Shown here one piece after another: positions 24,930 to 53,565 of a stretch of DNA of 64,000 nucleotides. The notes beneath the pieces are model-generated. The model was given only the letters and a program-made list of their open reading frames with translations, was not told the DNA's origin and ran no database searches. Within the stretch, counting starts at the first letter, position 1; each line of letters opens with the position of its first letter. The stretch covers positions 2,418,001 to 2,482,000 of the forward strand of contig OZ218962.1 in the NCBI GenBank assembly GCA_965112735.1, written 5' to 3'. Source of the stretch: Phaeosaccion multiseriatum (taxonomy: Eukaryota > Protista > Ochrophyta, other classes). Position numbers and translations under genes: made by a program.

Positions 24930-26555
24930 TTAGTGATCATGGGCATGACCGCCCGCCTCGCAGTGGCCGTGGTCCAGGAGCACGAGCCCGATGGTGGCGG
25001 CACTCGCGCAAAAGGAGATGAGGGCGAGCACTCGGTCCTGGACGCTCTCCACGCTCGCGTACACCTTGGGCAGACTTTCGGTGGCACCCACGTGAATGTA
25101 CACGCCTCCGCCAAAGGCCAGCAGAGCCCCAAGCGCGGCGTTGGACACATCCGCGGCGAGCACCGTGATCACCCCAAACACCACGGAGAGTCCGGACAAA
25201 AAGTTCAAGGCCAGCGCGGAGCGAGGGCGCATGCCTCCAATGCCGGTGAGGGCGAAGTAGTCGGCAAACTCCTGCGCAATCTCGTGGTAAATGGTCCCGG
25301 CGGCGATGGCCCAGCCCTTGGACTCACCGCAGAGCATGAAGCCAGCCCCGATAAAGACGCCGTCGACAAAGTTGTGGAAGAAGTCTCCGAGTAGCACGCC
25401 GAATCGAACTCGCATCTCGGTCTGAACGTCTCGCTCCAGGCCCGGCTTCTCGTGGTAGACATCTCCTGCCTCCGGGTCAGCAAGAACAACAGCAGTCTGA
25501 GGCCCTGCCTGTGCCGGTGAGCCGGATGCGCTCACGACGACGGAGGTGCCGTTTGAGGGTGCGGTGGCCTCCGTCTCCAGAGCTCTGTTGCTGTGCCTTC
25601 GGGGCACGTTGGAGGCTGAGACGTCCAGACTTCTACGGCTGTCTCCCCTATCGAACCAGCTGGGACGACGACCGCCATACTGGAGGAAACCAGAGGTGAT
25701 CAGGTCGCCGACGAAGGATACCATGTACCCCACCAGGATACTCGTACCCCACCTCCAGGACACCTCGTTCTCCTCTTCGTAGACAGCCGCCAGCAGGTGA
25801 GAGGCCTCCAAAAGCAGCAGAAAGAAGGCCGTCGCGAGGAGGGCGCCAGCGGCGAAGGAGTAGAGGATGCTGTTGCCGCGGTTAGTCAAGCTGTCGCCTC
25901 GCGCGTTAAGAAGCTTGGAGCCCGGGCCTAGGAAGATGACGCCGACGAGAGTCACGATGTTGACCAAGAAGGCGGCGCCGAGGGCCCGGCCCCACGGCGT
26001 TGCTCCTTGCCTTATCCCTTCTTCATCGTGATCATCGTGGTCGTCGTGGTCGGCATGGTCGCCCCCCGCCTCTGCCGCGTGGTCGTGGTCGTCGTGGTCG
26101 TCGTGGTCGGCATGGCCGCCCCCCTCCTCTGCCTCGTGGTCGTGGTCGTCGTGGTCGGCATGGTCGTCGTGGTCATGGTCGCCCCCCTCCTCTCCCTCGT
26201 GTTCTTCGTGCTCGCCCTCGTGCTCCTCGCCCTCCTCGTGGTCATGGTCATCCTCCTGCAGAGCTCGCGAAACGCCATGACGGGCCGCTGCAGCGGGGGC
26301 AGAAACGTAGTCTCCCCTCCAGGCAGAGTGATGGGGCTTAGCGCTCGATGCGCCCACTAGCGCACCAGAGAATGTTGCCCAAAATCCTGGACGCGCCACC
26401 AAATCTTTATGAATCTGCACTTCCGGCTGACCGATGATATCTGCCGCAGTTGCTGAAGACCCCACCCAGCACAGAGCAGCCACGAGGCAAGGCTTCACCC
26501 ACGATGCGATCTTGTGTGCCGGCCGGCTGCTGGCGGTGCAACGTGGACAAGTCAT
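24930..26555 (-). CDS. ZIP (ZRT/IRT-like, LIV-1-like) zinc transporter with His/Asp/Glu-rich N-terminal domain, 541 aa
   Basis: Single exon. TM motifs FAAGALLATAFF, GDFFHNFVDG, HEIAQEFADY, FGGGVYIHVG; (DH)-rich ectodomain; His-rich C-terminus. Confidence 0.95.
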   Translation of the reverse strand: MTCPRCTASSRPAHKIASWVKPCLVAALCWVGSSATAADIIGQPEVQIHKDLVARPGFWATFSGALVGASSAKPHHSAWRGDYVSAPAAAARHGVSRALQEDDHDHEEGEEHEGEHEEHEGEEGGDHDHDDHADHDDHDHEAEEGGGHADHDDHDDHDHAAEAGGDHADHDDHDDHDEEGIRQGATPWGRALGAAFLVNIVTLVGVIFLGPGSKLLNARGDSLTNRGNSILYSFAAGALLATAFFLLLLEASHLLAAVYEEENEVSWRWGTSILVGYMVSFVGDLITSGFLQYGGRRPSWFDRGDSRRSLDVSASNVPRRHSNRALETEATAPSNGTSVVVSASGSPAQAGPQTAVVLADPEAGDVYHEKPGLERDVQTEMRVRFGVLLGDFFHNFVDGVFIGAGFMLCGESKGWAIAAGTIYHEIAQEFADYFALTGIGGMRPRSALALNFLSGLSVVFGVITVLAADVSNAALGALLAFGGGVYIHVGATESLPKVYASVESVQDRVLALISFCASAATIGLVLLDHGHCEAGGHAHDH

Positions 26556-26897
26556 CAGTCTTCTTGTCCTCCTTTGTTTTTATGCGCTCTCCTCCGTTCA
26601 CTTTCTTTCGCAGCAGTCGTTGTGCGTAGGGAGAGGGGGGAAACTCTTCTACGCTCCAAAGGCGCCCCGTAGGTCTGGGCAGCGCAAAGAGCTTAGCTTA
26701 GCACTTGTTCTTTATTACTTTCTTCTTCTTCTCTGTTCCTGCTCTGCAGACGGTGGTTTGTGGTGGCCCAAAATACATCCTCGTGCCACCCCCGACCACC
26801 CACTCCCCCCCCCCCGGGAAATATTCCCCCCTGGGAAGAGCTCCCCAAATTCGGCCAAATCGATGCGATGCATTCGAATGCATTTCAACCTGCCAAA

Positions 26898-26925
26898 GAC
26901 ATGTGACATGTGACATGTGACATGT
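26898..26925. promoter_or_regulatory. (GACATGT)x4 array upstream of the first ZIP gene (candidate cis-element)
   Basis: Four perfect 7-bp units containing the palindrome ACATGT, ~340 bp upstream of the ATG at 26555. Confidence 0.3.
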
Positions 26926-27338
26926 GTGTCAATGGTAGTAGGTAGTCGTGGTAGCATGGTCATGGTCAGTGTGGAGAGCTCTGTCGCCCTCTCTTCCCTT
27001 TCTCTGACAGCTTTCTCAGATGATCAGACCTATTTTGCCAAAGCTGCATCTTCCCCTCCTTCTTTTATCAACACCGGGAGGAACTGATAATCGAGCAGAG
27101 CAAGCATACGAATGGATACTGGAATGTAGAGGTGTCAGAAGAGGAGAGGGTAGCACACAACAGCATCCCGTTTTGTTCAAATTGTTTTTATTTATTTATT
27201 TATTTTTCTTACTACTGAAATACTGAAATACGTTTATGCCCAGCTCGCTCTCTCCTCTGCCTAAACGACATCGAGCACACACCCTCCCCCAAAAGGAAGG
27301 AATGAAAGTGTCCAAGCAAAGCAAGACTCAAACCTCCC

Positions 27339-29315
27339 TCAGTGGTTGTGTCCGTCGTGGGCCCCCGTCTGGCAGTGGTCGTGATCCAACAGCACGAGCC
27401 CGATGGTAGTGGCGCCTATCACAAAGGCGAGAAAGGCGTATATTCGGTCCTGCAGGGTCTGTACATACCCGTACACCTTGGGCAGACTCTCGGTTGCGGC
27501 CACGTGAATGTACACACCTCCGCCAAAGGCCAACAGCACCCCCAGCGCGGCGTTGGACACATCTGAGGCGAGCACCACTATCACTCCAAGCACGACGGAG
27601 AGCCCGGACACGAAGTTCAAGGCCAGCGCGGAGCAAGCCGTCATGCCTCCAATGCCGGTGAGGGTGAAGAAGTCGGCAAACTCCTGCGCGAGCTCGTGGT
27701 AAATCGTCCCGGCGGCGATGGTCCAGCCCTTTGCCTCACCGCAGAGCATAAAGGCGGCCCCGATAAAGACGCCGTCGACAAAGTTGTGGAAGAAGTCTCC
27801 GACCAGCACGCCGAATCGAACCCGCATCATGGTCTGTATGTCTCGCTGCGGCATCGGCTTCTCGAGGCGGAGGACCTCCTCGTCAAACACTCGCACTGCC
27901 CCCACGCCTACGCTTTGCTGCCGCTCCAGGGCGGACATTACTACCAAGGTCTGTCCTGCCTCCTCGTCAGCAGCGACAGCAGTAACAGTGGCCGCCGGAA
28001 GCTCTGCGTGGCCCATCTTGGGGTCTGAAGAAGAGGTCAAGACAGTGGTGGCGTTGGTGGTCGAGGTGGTCTCCGCAGTTGCCGTATCCACACTTCTGCC
28101 GCGCCTTCGAGGCACGTTGGACGCTGAGATGTCCAGAGTTCTAAGGCTGCTGCCGCCGCCGCCTCCACCGCCGGACCAGCGCGAACCATTGCCATACTGA
28201 AGGAAGGCGGAGGTGAGGACGTCACCGACGAAGGACACCATGTACCCCGCCAGGATACTCGTACCCCACCTCCAGGACACCTCGTTCTCCTCTTCGTAGA
28301 CACCCTCCAACAGATGAGAGGACTCCAAAAGCAGCAGAAAGAAGGCCGCCGCGAGGAGAGCGCCAGCGGCGAAGGAGAAGAGGATCCCGTTGCAGCGGTT
28401 ACTCAAGCCCTCGCCTCGCGCGCTGATGAGCTTGCTGCCAGGTCCAAGGAAGATGACACCGACGAGAGTGGCAAGGTTGACCAAGAGGGCGGCTCCGATG
28501 GCTCGGCCCCAGGGCTTGTTCCCGTCCACAGAGACACCCACTACTCCTCCTGCCGTCGCCAACTCCTCCTCGTCTCCGTGGTCGTGTCCGTCGTGGCTAT
28601 CCGCCTCTCCCTCCACCCCTCCACGGGCCACGTCGTCGTGGCTGTCGTGCTCTTCGTCGTGGTCGTGAGAGTCGTGGTCTGTGTGGTCGGCCCCCTCACC
28701 CTCTCCCTCCTCGTGCGAGTCGTGGTCCTCTCCCTCCTCGTGCGAGTCGTGCTCCTCCCCCTCCTCCCCCTCCTCGTGTGAGTCGTGCTCCTCTCCCTCC
28801 TCGTGCGAGTCGTGGACCTCCCCCTCCTCTCCCTCCTCGTGCGAGTCGTGCTCCTCCCCCTCCTCCTCGTCGTGCTCCTCTCCCTCCTCGTGTGAGTCGT
28901 GGTCCTCTCCCTCCTCGTGCGAGTCGTGGACCTGGCCCTCCTCGTGCTCTTCCTCTCCCTCCTCGTGCCCCTCCGTATGATCCAATCTCCGAAATCCCTC
29001 TGCCCTCGCGACGGCGTTTGCGGTGACTCTCTCTGGCTGTTGCTGCGGCACCAACGAGTAAGTCGCAGAGCTATCCATGCCGGTCGCCGGAGCAGGGGCA
29101 GCAGCGTAGACTGCTCCCGACGTAAAGTGAGGATGCTGAGCGCGCGATCCATCCCCTCGACCACCAGAAAATGCCTCTGGAAGCAGTTCCTGCTGACCAA
29201 ACCCTACCGCAGACGACGAGCCCATCACACACAGAGCCGACACGACACAAGGCTTCAACCATGAGCCAATGCTGCGGGCCGGCCCGCTGCTGGAAGGACA
29301 GTGTCTGCAAACCAT
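27339..29315 (-). CDS. ZIP zinc transporter paralog with (HDSHEEGEE)n repeats, 658 aa
   Basis: Single exon. Same TM motifs as the neighbour (GDFFHNFVDG, HELAQEFADF); visibly near-identical DNA in TM segments; tandem duplicate. Confidence 0.95.
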   Translation of the reverse strand: MVCRHCPSSSGPARSIGSWLKPCVVSALCVMGSSSAVGFGQQELLPEAFSGGRGDGSRAQHPHFTSGAVYAAAPAPATGMDSSATYSLVPQQQPERVTANAVARAEGFRRLDHTEGHEEGEEEHEEGQVHDSHEEGEDHDSHEEGEEHDEEEGEEHDSHEEGEEGEVHDSHEEGEEHDSHEEGEEGEEHDSHEEGEDHDSHEEGEGEGADHTDHDSHDHDEEHDSHDDVARGGVEGEADSHDGHDHGDEEELATAGGVVGVSVDGNKPWGRAIGAALLVNLATLVGVIFLGPGSKLISARGEGLSNRCNGILFSFAAGALLAAAFFLLLLESSHLLEGVYEEENEVSWRWGTSILAGYMVSFVGDVLTSAFLQYGNGSRWSGGGGGGGSSLRTLDISASNVPRRRGRSVDTATAETTSTTNATTVLTSSSDPKMGHAELPAATVTAVAADEEAGQTLVVMSALERQQSVGVGAVRVFDEEVLRLEKPMPQRDIQTMMRVRFGVLVGDFFHNFVDGVFIGAAFMLCGEAKGWTIAAGTIYHELAQEFADFFTLTGIGGMTACSALALNFVSGLSVVLGVIVVLASDVSNAALGVLLAFGGGVYIHVAATESLPKVYGYVQTLQDRIYAFLAFVIGATTIGLVLLDHDHCQTGAHDGHNH

Positions 29316-29664
29316 ACTTTGCGTCCACTCGCCCCCCCCCCCCCCCCCCTTGAACTCCTCTCCTCCGTTGAAGTCCTCACAGTCGTTGTGCGAAAATAAC
29401 AGCTCTTAAACGCGCCACAAGCTCCTGCAGGCCTCTGCTTTGCGAAGATCCTTACGCTCACGCCTCTCGCTTATGAATACACTTTGTTCTTTGCTGCCGT
29501 GGTATGAGTGGAGCGAGGAGGTGGAGCAAAAAACAAGAAAAAGAGCAGAGCCTTACGTAACGAAACAAGAGGAGCTTGTTAAATACACTACGGTTACAAT
29601 ACAGAGTGTGGTCGGGTCGAACTACTCTGTATTCCTCCCTTCTTTCCTCTATACAAGGCCGGGC

Positions 29665-29773
29665 TGTAGACCTTAGAAGTGCCACCTTTGTCCAGAGTCA
29701 TCGAGAGTCAATATCAGCGTCCATGTCAGCGCTGATATGGGTTGGACCTTAGGTGGCACTTCTAAGCTCTACA
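29665..29773. mobile_element. 109-bp inverted-repeat element (MITE-like hairpin)
   Basis: TGTAGACCTTAGAAGTGCCACCT (29665-29687) pairs with AGGTGGCACTTCTAAGCTCTACA (29751-29773) at 22/23; inner arm ATATCAGCG/CGCTGATAT. Confidence 0.55.
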
Positions 29774-29989
29774 CACCTCTTGTAGTCTTGTAGGCCCGAT
29801 GCTGTCAGCACTGCACTACATCTCTGACATTTGAGTGTCGAGGCCATCACAGAAGAAGAGAGAGAAGGAAAAAACCCGCGTCAGCTCTCCGGTGTCTGGT
29901 CACAGCCTCGCGAGACGGAACTTTACGAACGACGAGCCCACTCCACAAGGAAGGCCGGCCAAGAACCGCCCGTCCACTCGGCTTCTCCT

Positions 29990-29991
29990 GC

Positions 29992-30063
<72 letters not shown>

Positions 30064-30120
30064 TTTCGCTGTCGATGCTGCTACTATCGATGTAGATGCT
30101 GATGCTGTTCATACTGCTTG

Positions 30121-30160
<40 letters not shown>

Positions 30161-30245
30161 TCCTTTCGCTGTCGATGCTGCTGCTACCGATGTAGATGCT
30201 GATGCTGCTCATGCTACTTGATGCTGCTGTTGCTGCTGCTGCTAG
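29990..30245 (+). repeat. (CTG)n tract with a duplicated ~70-bp unit
   Basis: CTCCTTTCGCTGTCGATGCTGCT...GATGTAGATGCTGATGCTG occurs twice, separated by (CTG)n. Confidence 0.8.
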
Positions 30246-30413
30246 CAGTGTTGCGGGTGTTAGCGCGGCTGTCACGGTAGACACTTAGTGCCTCCCTCAC
30301 AAGGCGGCGAAGCGAGCGCAGCTTGCCGGCCTGTGTTGCCAGGGGCTGGAGCGGAGGAGGCACGGTACCGTGTCAAAATCCATCAGTGGCACTTTTGCTG
30401 TTCCACCCACCGT

Positions 30414-31871
30414 TCATGTTACTGCTGCTGCTGCTGCTGCTGCGATTGCCGCCCGCTGCTTTGCTTGCTTCCTTCGCCTCTTGCTTCTGAGCACCTGCGT
30501 CAGCTTGATAAAGCGCTGCCTATGCAGGCGTGGATACTGCCCCACAAAGATGCCCGGTTGAGGAAGATAGGCTTCCGTCCAGTGCTCAATCCGCCCAAAG
30601 TCCTTCGTCCTGGAGAAGAGCAGCACCTCGCAAACCTTCAGGGGGAGAGGAGAGAGGAGAGAGGAGATACGCCAGGTCGGGAGGAGCGAGGAGTGAGGAG
30701 AGGGGGCAGATGCGCGAGGACCGCAGTGTGCGACTGTACGGACCTTTGGTCTCCTTTCGGCCTCGGAGCTCTCATGGGGTCGCGTATTTCGGGGCACACA
30801 CCATCTCTACTTTCACCCACCCGCCCACCCACACACACAGAGAGAGAGACCATAGCTCCCCCCCCCCACACACACAAGCCCACACAAGCACACACGTACC
30901 TGTCCTCTGGCGACTCTCATGTATTCGGGGTGCATGGGAACTTCAAACTCCATCTCCCTTCCCGCGCGATCTTCCACCACCATGCGGAAGTGCATGTGGT
31001 GATCGGCGTCGAGGGGGGCGTGCTCCTCCACACAGGCGGTCACGCGACCCACAAAGACGCCTCCCTCGAGCGGTCGCTGGTTCAGAGAGGCGCGTGGGTG
31101 GGGATGGGTGGGAGAGGGAGGGACAGTGAGAGGAGGGAGAGAGAGGAGACGCGTGAGGGGAAGGGAGAGGCATTGAGAGGGACAAGAGTAGGTAACTGCT
31201 CCGTCGATTCTCCAGGGACAGATATGCCGGGGGCCGCGCACTTGCATCCCACTCGTTGGTCGTTGACTCACCTCGTCGCCGTCCCGCAAGCCGCTTCGCA
31301 CAGACAGATTCCGTCGACAGCACCAAACCAGAGGGTCCACCAGGAGGCGCGCCAGAAAGGAGAGGAAGAACATGGCATTAATGCGGCCGCCCAGCCGGTT
31401 GCGGCTGAGGAAGAAGCCTGTCCACAGCCACATGAAGCCGAGGCCCAGAGTCTCCAATATGTGACCACGCCGGAGGACGGCCGTGTCTCCCCAGTAGGAC
31501 ACGAGCTGGGGCTGGGTGGGGACGAGGGGCAGCAAGCTCCGTACTGTTCGTCTAGACAGCAGCTGGAGACTCAGGATGGGAGCAGCAGAGGACTTGAGAC
31601 GTGTTGTGGTGCTGCTGCCGAACCTCCACACTCTGTGCTTCTCTCTGGCAACCACTGGGCCTCTCTTCATGATCTTCTGCGTACTGCAACTACGGCCGCC
31701 TCTTCGTGAGTGGGGCCTTCCCAAGGGGCAAGCGAAGGTCGCCTTCCCCCTTCCCCTTCCCCCTCTCCGTCCTTTCCTCTCCATCTCGCTGCTACACATG
31801 TTCCTGCTGCTGCTGGCGGCCCTGCCGAGGCTGGTACTCAGGAGAAGACAAGGCAGGAAGAGGGCTTTCAT
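30414..31871 (-). CDS. Probable plastid-targeted membrane protein resembling a conserved cyanobacterial uncharacterised protein, ~332 aa
   Basis: Exons 31871-31272, 31076-30900, 30635-30414 (999 nt). Signal peptide MKALFLPCLLLSTSLGRAAS then a basic Ser/Arg-rich transit-like segment; two hydrophobic helices. Motifs LLPLVPTQPQLVSYWG, GVFVGRV, EAYLPQPGIFVGQYPRL recall that family (from memory, not searched). Confidence 0.75.
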
Positions 31872-32531
31872 ATTGGCAGGGGGTGTGGCCAATTGTGGTC
31901 AATGGCACAGCTGAAAGAAAGAAGGTGGAGAAGAGGGATAAGTCAATGAACGTTACAGAAAACCTTTTGTGCCGCTCTACCCTTCTGAGATTCTGATTTC
32001 TCAACTTTTTTGGTTTTGTGCCCTCTGTACGCCGCCCCTGGTGGAGGCTGACGACAGCTGGGAAGGAATAGAAGCACACGACCTGCAGTACTGAGAAGGC
32101 AGAGTGGAGGGAGAGACTGAGAGAGAGAGAGAAGGGGTAGATAGAGAGAGTGGGAGAGGGCGGGAGAGAGAGAGCAGAGAGGGTGTGTGTCTCTCTCATT
32201 TTCCTCTCTCTCTCTCTCTTTCTTGTCCTCCAGACGCAGATAGGCGAAGAGTAAGGACAGGACGAGCACAGGAGGTCAAGGTGAAGGCGTGCGCTATGCA
32301 TTCTCAACCAGACAAGGTCGAGAAAAAGAAAGGGTGCCGTCCACACAATGAAGTACAACTGAGCACTGCCACCAACATCGAATGACGTGGTGGAGAGGAG
32401 ACCAGACGGACGATGGCTGAGGACAGGAATGGTAGCATCCTGCTGGGTAAGGGCTGCTCCTGCAGGCTCACTACTGGGGGCTGCGCCCATTTCAACGTGC
32501 TGGACTTTGTTGCCCAAGCCAGATAGCAACC

Positions 32532-50327
<17,796 letters not shown>

Positions 50328-51024
50328 AGAGAGGTAGAGAAGGAGATTCAGAAGGGGGGAGAGGGAGAGACATAGGGGGAGGGAGGAGGGGAGGGACGGG
50401 GGTAGAGACGCACAGAATGGGAGATAGAGAGGGGGAGAGAGATAGAGAGAGAGAACAGTGAGAGAGAGCGAACGAGAGAGAGGGACAGAGAGAGAGAGGG
50501 AGAGAGAGAGAGATAGAGAGACCATTGTGGGCTGAGGATATGCCCACAGAGGTATCCCATGCACCTGCTTCCAGACAGAATACAGTGTTGGGCATTCATC
50601 GCCTGATACGGAATAAAAATCCATTCAACTGGTCGGAGGGTCAAAACTTCTGTGGGGTGTTGCTGTGAGACACGCACGCACACACACCATAGAGGTCAAG
50701 GTCCCGCCAGAGAGGGGGGCTAAGCTTCAGTTTAACTTTAAGTTTCTGGGCCCCGCTCTTGCCCAGGTGGTGCCCAGGTTGACAGGCTGATTGTTCCTTC
50801 TGTTGGAGCACACAGGCCGGAGGTCATCCTGCCGTCCACCTTCCACTCGCTTCTCACCCACAAGCCCCGCCCATCTCTACCACCTACTGCCATCCACTTG
50901 CTTGAACCCAGTCCATCTGGAGGGAATGGTGTGCCTAGCAAACCAACAAAGCACCGCCTCTCCATAGAAGACTGCACAGCCCTTCACTCTCTGCCCTAAG
51001 AGCGCTGTTGTGACTGATGCTGTG

Positions 51025-51665
51025 TGGGTGAGTGAGTGAGTGAGTGAGTGAGTGAGTGAGTGAGTGAGTGAGTGAGTGAGTGAGTGAGTGAGTGAGTGAG
51101 TGAGTGAGTGAGGGAGGGAGGGAGGGAGGGAGGGAGGGAGCGAGGGAGTGAGGGAGTGAGGGAGTGAGTGAGTGAGTGTGTGAGTGAGTGAGTTAGTGAG
51201 TTAGTGTGTGTGTGAGTGAGTGATGAGTGAGTGAGTGAGTGAGTGCGTGAGTGAGTGAGTAAGTGATTGAGTGAGTGAGTGAGTGAGTGAGTGAGTGAGT
51301 GAGTGAGTGAGTGAGTGAGTGAGTGAGTGAGTGAGTGAGTGAGTGAGTGAGTGAGTGAGTGAGTGAGTGAGTGAGTGAGTGAGTGAGTGAGTGAGTGAGT
51401 GAGTGAGTGAGTGAGAGAGTGAGTGAGTGAGTGAGTGAGTGAGTGAGTGAGTGAGTGAGTGAGTGAGTGAGTGCGTGAGTGCGTGAGTGAGTGAGTGAGT
51501 GAGTGAGTGAGTGGGTGAGTGAGTGAATGAGTGAGTGAGTGATGAGTGAGTGAGTGAGTGAGTGAATGAGTGAGTGGGTGGGTAAGTGAGTGAGTGAGTG
51601 AGTGAGTGAGTGAGTGAGTGAGTGAGTGAGTGAGTGAGTGAGTGAGTGAGTGAGTGAGTGAGTGA
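51025..51665 (+). repeat. (GAGT)n/(GGGA)n intergenic microsatellite, ~640 bp
   Basis: Visible array. Confidence 0.95.
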
Positions 51666-51844
51666 CAGGTCCACTTTCATTCCATTCATTTTCTTCTTTA
51701 TTCGGTCCTTCACGGCCTCCATTACTTTTCTCTCTCTCTCTCCTAATATGTACGTTACTACTGCTACCTTATCTCGGTCCTTTCCCGCGCCCTCTGCAGG
51801 GTACAATTTGTCCTATTCGTTTGCTCGAGGTCATCTCTGAGAAT

Positions 51845-52196
51845 CCGTCTCGCTCGCTGCGGCCGCTCACTCGGTCATCATCATCGGCTCCGGCTCCCAG
51901 GCGCTGTCGAGGCGGGCCACGAAGTCCGTTCCCCAGGGCCGTCCACGATGTAGTCCTCGTCCTTGGAGGAGGACAGGATGACGTCACGCTCTCTCACAAT
52001 GGGCTTGCCTTCGCTGTCGAGCCTCAGGCTCCGTGTCTCTCCCATGACCCCGCTCCAGTGCTCCACTCCGACGTCGTCTGGCTTGTGGATGAAGGTAACG
52101 TCGAGGACGTGAGCGAAGCACCGCTCGATCTCCTGGCGGTAGTCCACTTGGAAGGAGTAAGTGTCGGTGAGGCCGAAGACACTGGCCCATGACCCG
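51845..52196 (-). pseudogene. Duplicated 3' fragment of the gene at 57525-59829
   Basis: Near-identical to 57503-57855 (SWASVFGLTDTYSFQVDYRQEIERCFAHVLDV...). A 1-nt deletion near 51940 (CAGGGCCGTCC vs CAGGGCCCGTCC) shifts the frame; no upstream exons. Confidence 0.85.
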
Positions 52197-52853
52197 CGCA
52201 ACATATTCACAAGCGAGAAGCGTCCTTAGCCAAGCAACCTCTCGCAGAGCCCGAGAAGGGCACGACGGCGCCCGGCGCGGCGCTCTCCCCCCCTTTTCGT
52301 TCCTTTTGCCTGCAGGCGCTGCGCGCTCTAAGGAAGGGTGTCGCAGCAGTATGAAGCAACACCAGTCTCTCCCCGCGTCTAAGCGACTCACCTTTGACTG
52401 AAGGGTAGAGAGAAGAAAGCCACGTTCCCGTCCCCGAGGGGCCTGAATTTACTGTACATTGTATCACCAACGCGATTGTCAAGCAAACGGAAAAGAGTAG
52501 AGAAAAAGAGGAAATAATGCAGGAAGGAAAGGCATCAGCCACGAGGTGAGTTGGGAGACGGCGCCCCTCTTTACTCGCCGCACCTTCTTGATGCCCTCGC
52601 AGAAGCCATTCCCTCTCTCTTCCCCCCCCCCCCCCCGTTGTTACCGGCAGCTCGCGACCTGTACCACTACTTCCGTTCTTTACTTCACCGCGGCTGCTCC
52701 TTGCTTCCCCTGCCAACGGTTTGCATTCAAGGTTCGCATTCAAGAAGGAAGGAAGAGAGGAGAGGAAAATGAAGTTTGGAAGCCATCTGTGACACCGCGG
52801 AGCACCACTTCCGGAGCGCGCCGCCTGCTTCTCCACAAAATTTTCCCTCTGCC

Positions 52854-53518
52854 ATGGCATGGTCTAAGCAGCAGACGGAGGTCGCCTCTAGTCTGCTGTT
52901 TAACCTCATTCTTGGGGGGGTGGTCTTGGCGGCGTTGGCAACGCGCCGACGGAGCAGCAAGGATGGCAGCAGCAAAAGCTCCAAAGGGGACGACGATGCG
53001 GTGGTGGTAGAACGCATGACCATCGCAGCCGACGCTGTGGAGGTACGTGCACTGCTGAAAGGACGGACATCCTGCCAAGGGTCGAGCATCTTGCCAGTTA
53101 ACTACGCTGCCGAAGGCTGCTGTGCCTGAGCACCCACCAACTTTCTTTTCCATCCGGAGAGAGACGAGCGAGTGCCCCCGTTTAGATCACAAATTAACCG
53201 CGTAACAGCCTACCGACGGGGAGACTAACTGCAATTCGACTCTGACTACGTCCACTCCTCCTTCCCCTCCTCCCCTTCCCCCTTCCCCTCCTGGGTAGGT
53301 GGACTTGTCTGGCCCCTGGACCCTCTCAGACGACGCCTTGCCCTCGTGCCTGGCCATGACTCGCCTAGCGTCACTTGCCAAGCTCAATCTGAGCAGGGGC
53401 AGCCTCACAAGAGTGCCCGAGAGCGTGTGTGGACTCGCAGCGCTGCGTGACCTGGACTTGAGCAGGAACAGGATCCGCGAAGTGTGCAGGTGAGCACTGT
53501 ACGGGCATGCGCAGGTGC

Positions 53519-53565
<47 letters not shown>

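Noticed and set aside
30288-31709. 473-aa plus-strand ORF
   Set aside because: Antisense to a well-formed spliced gene; no domain features.
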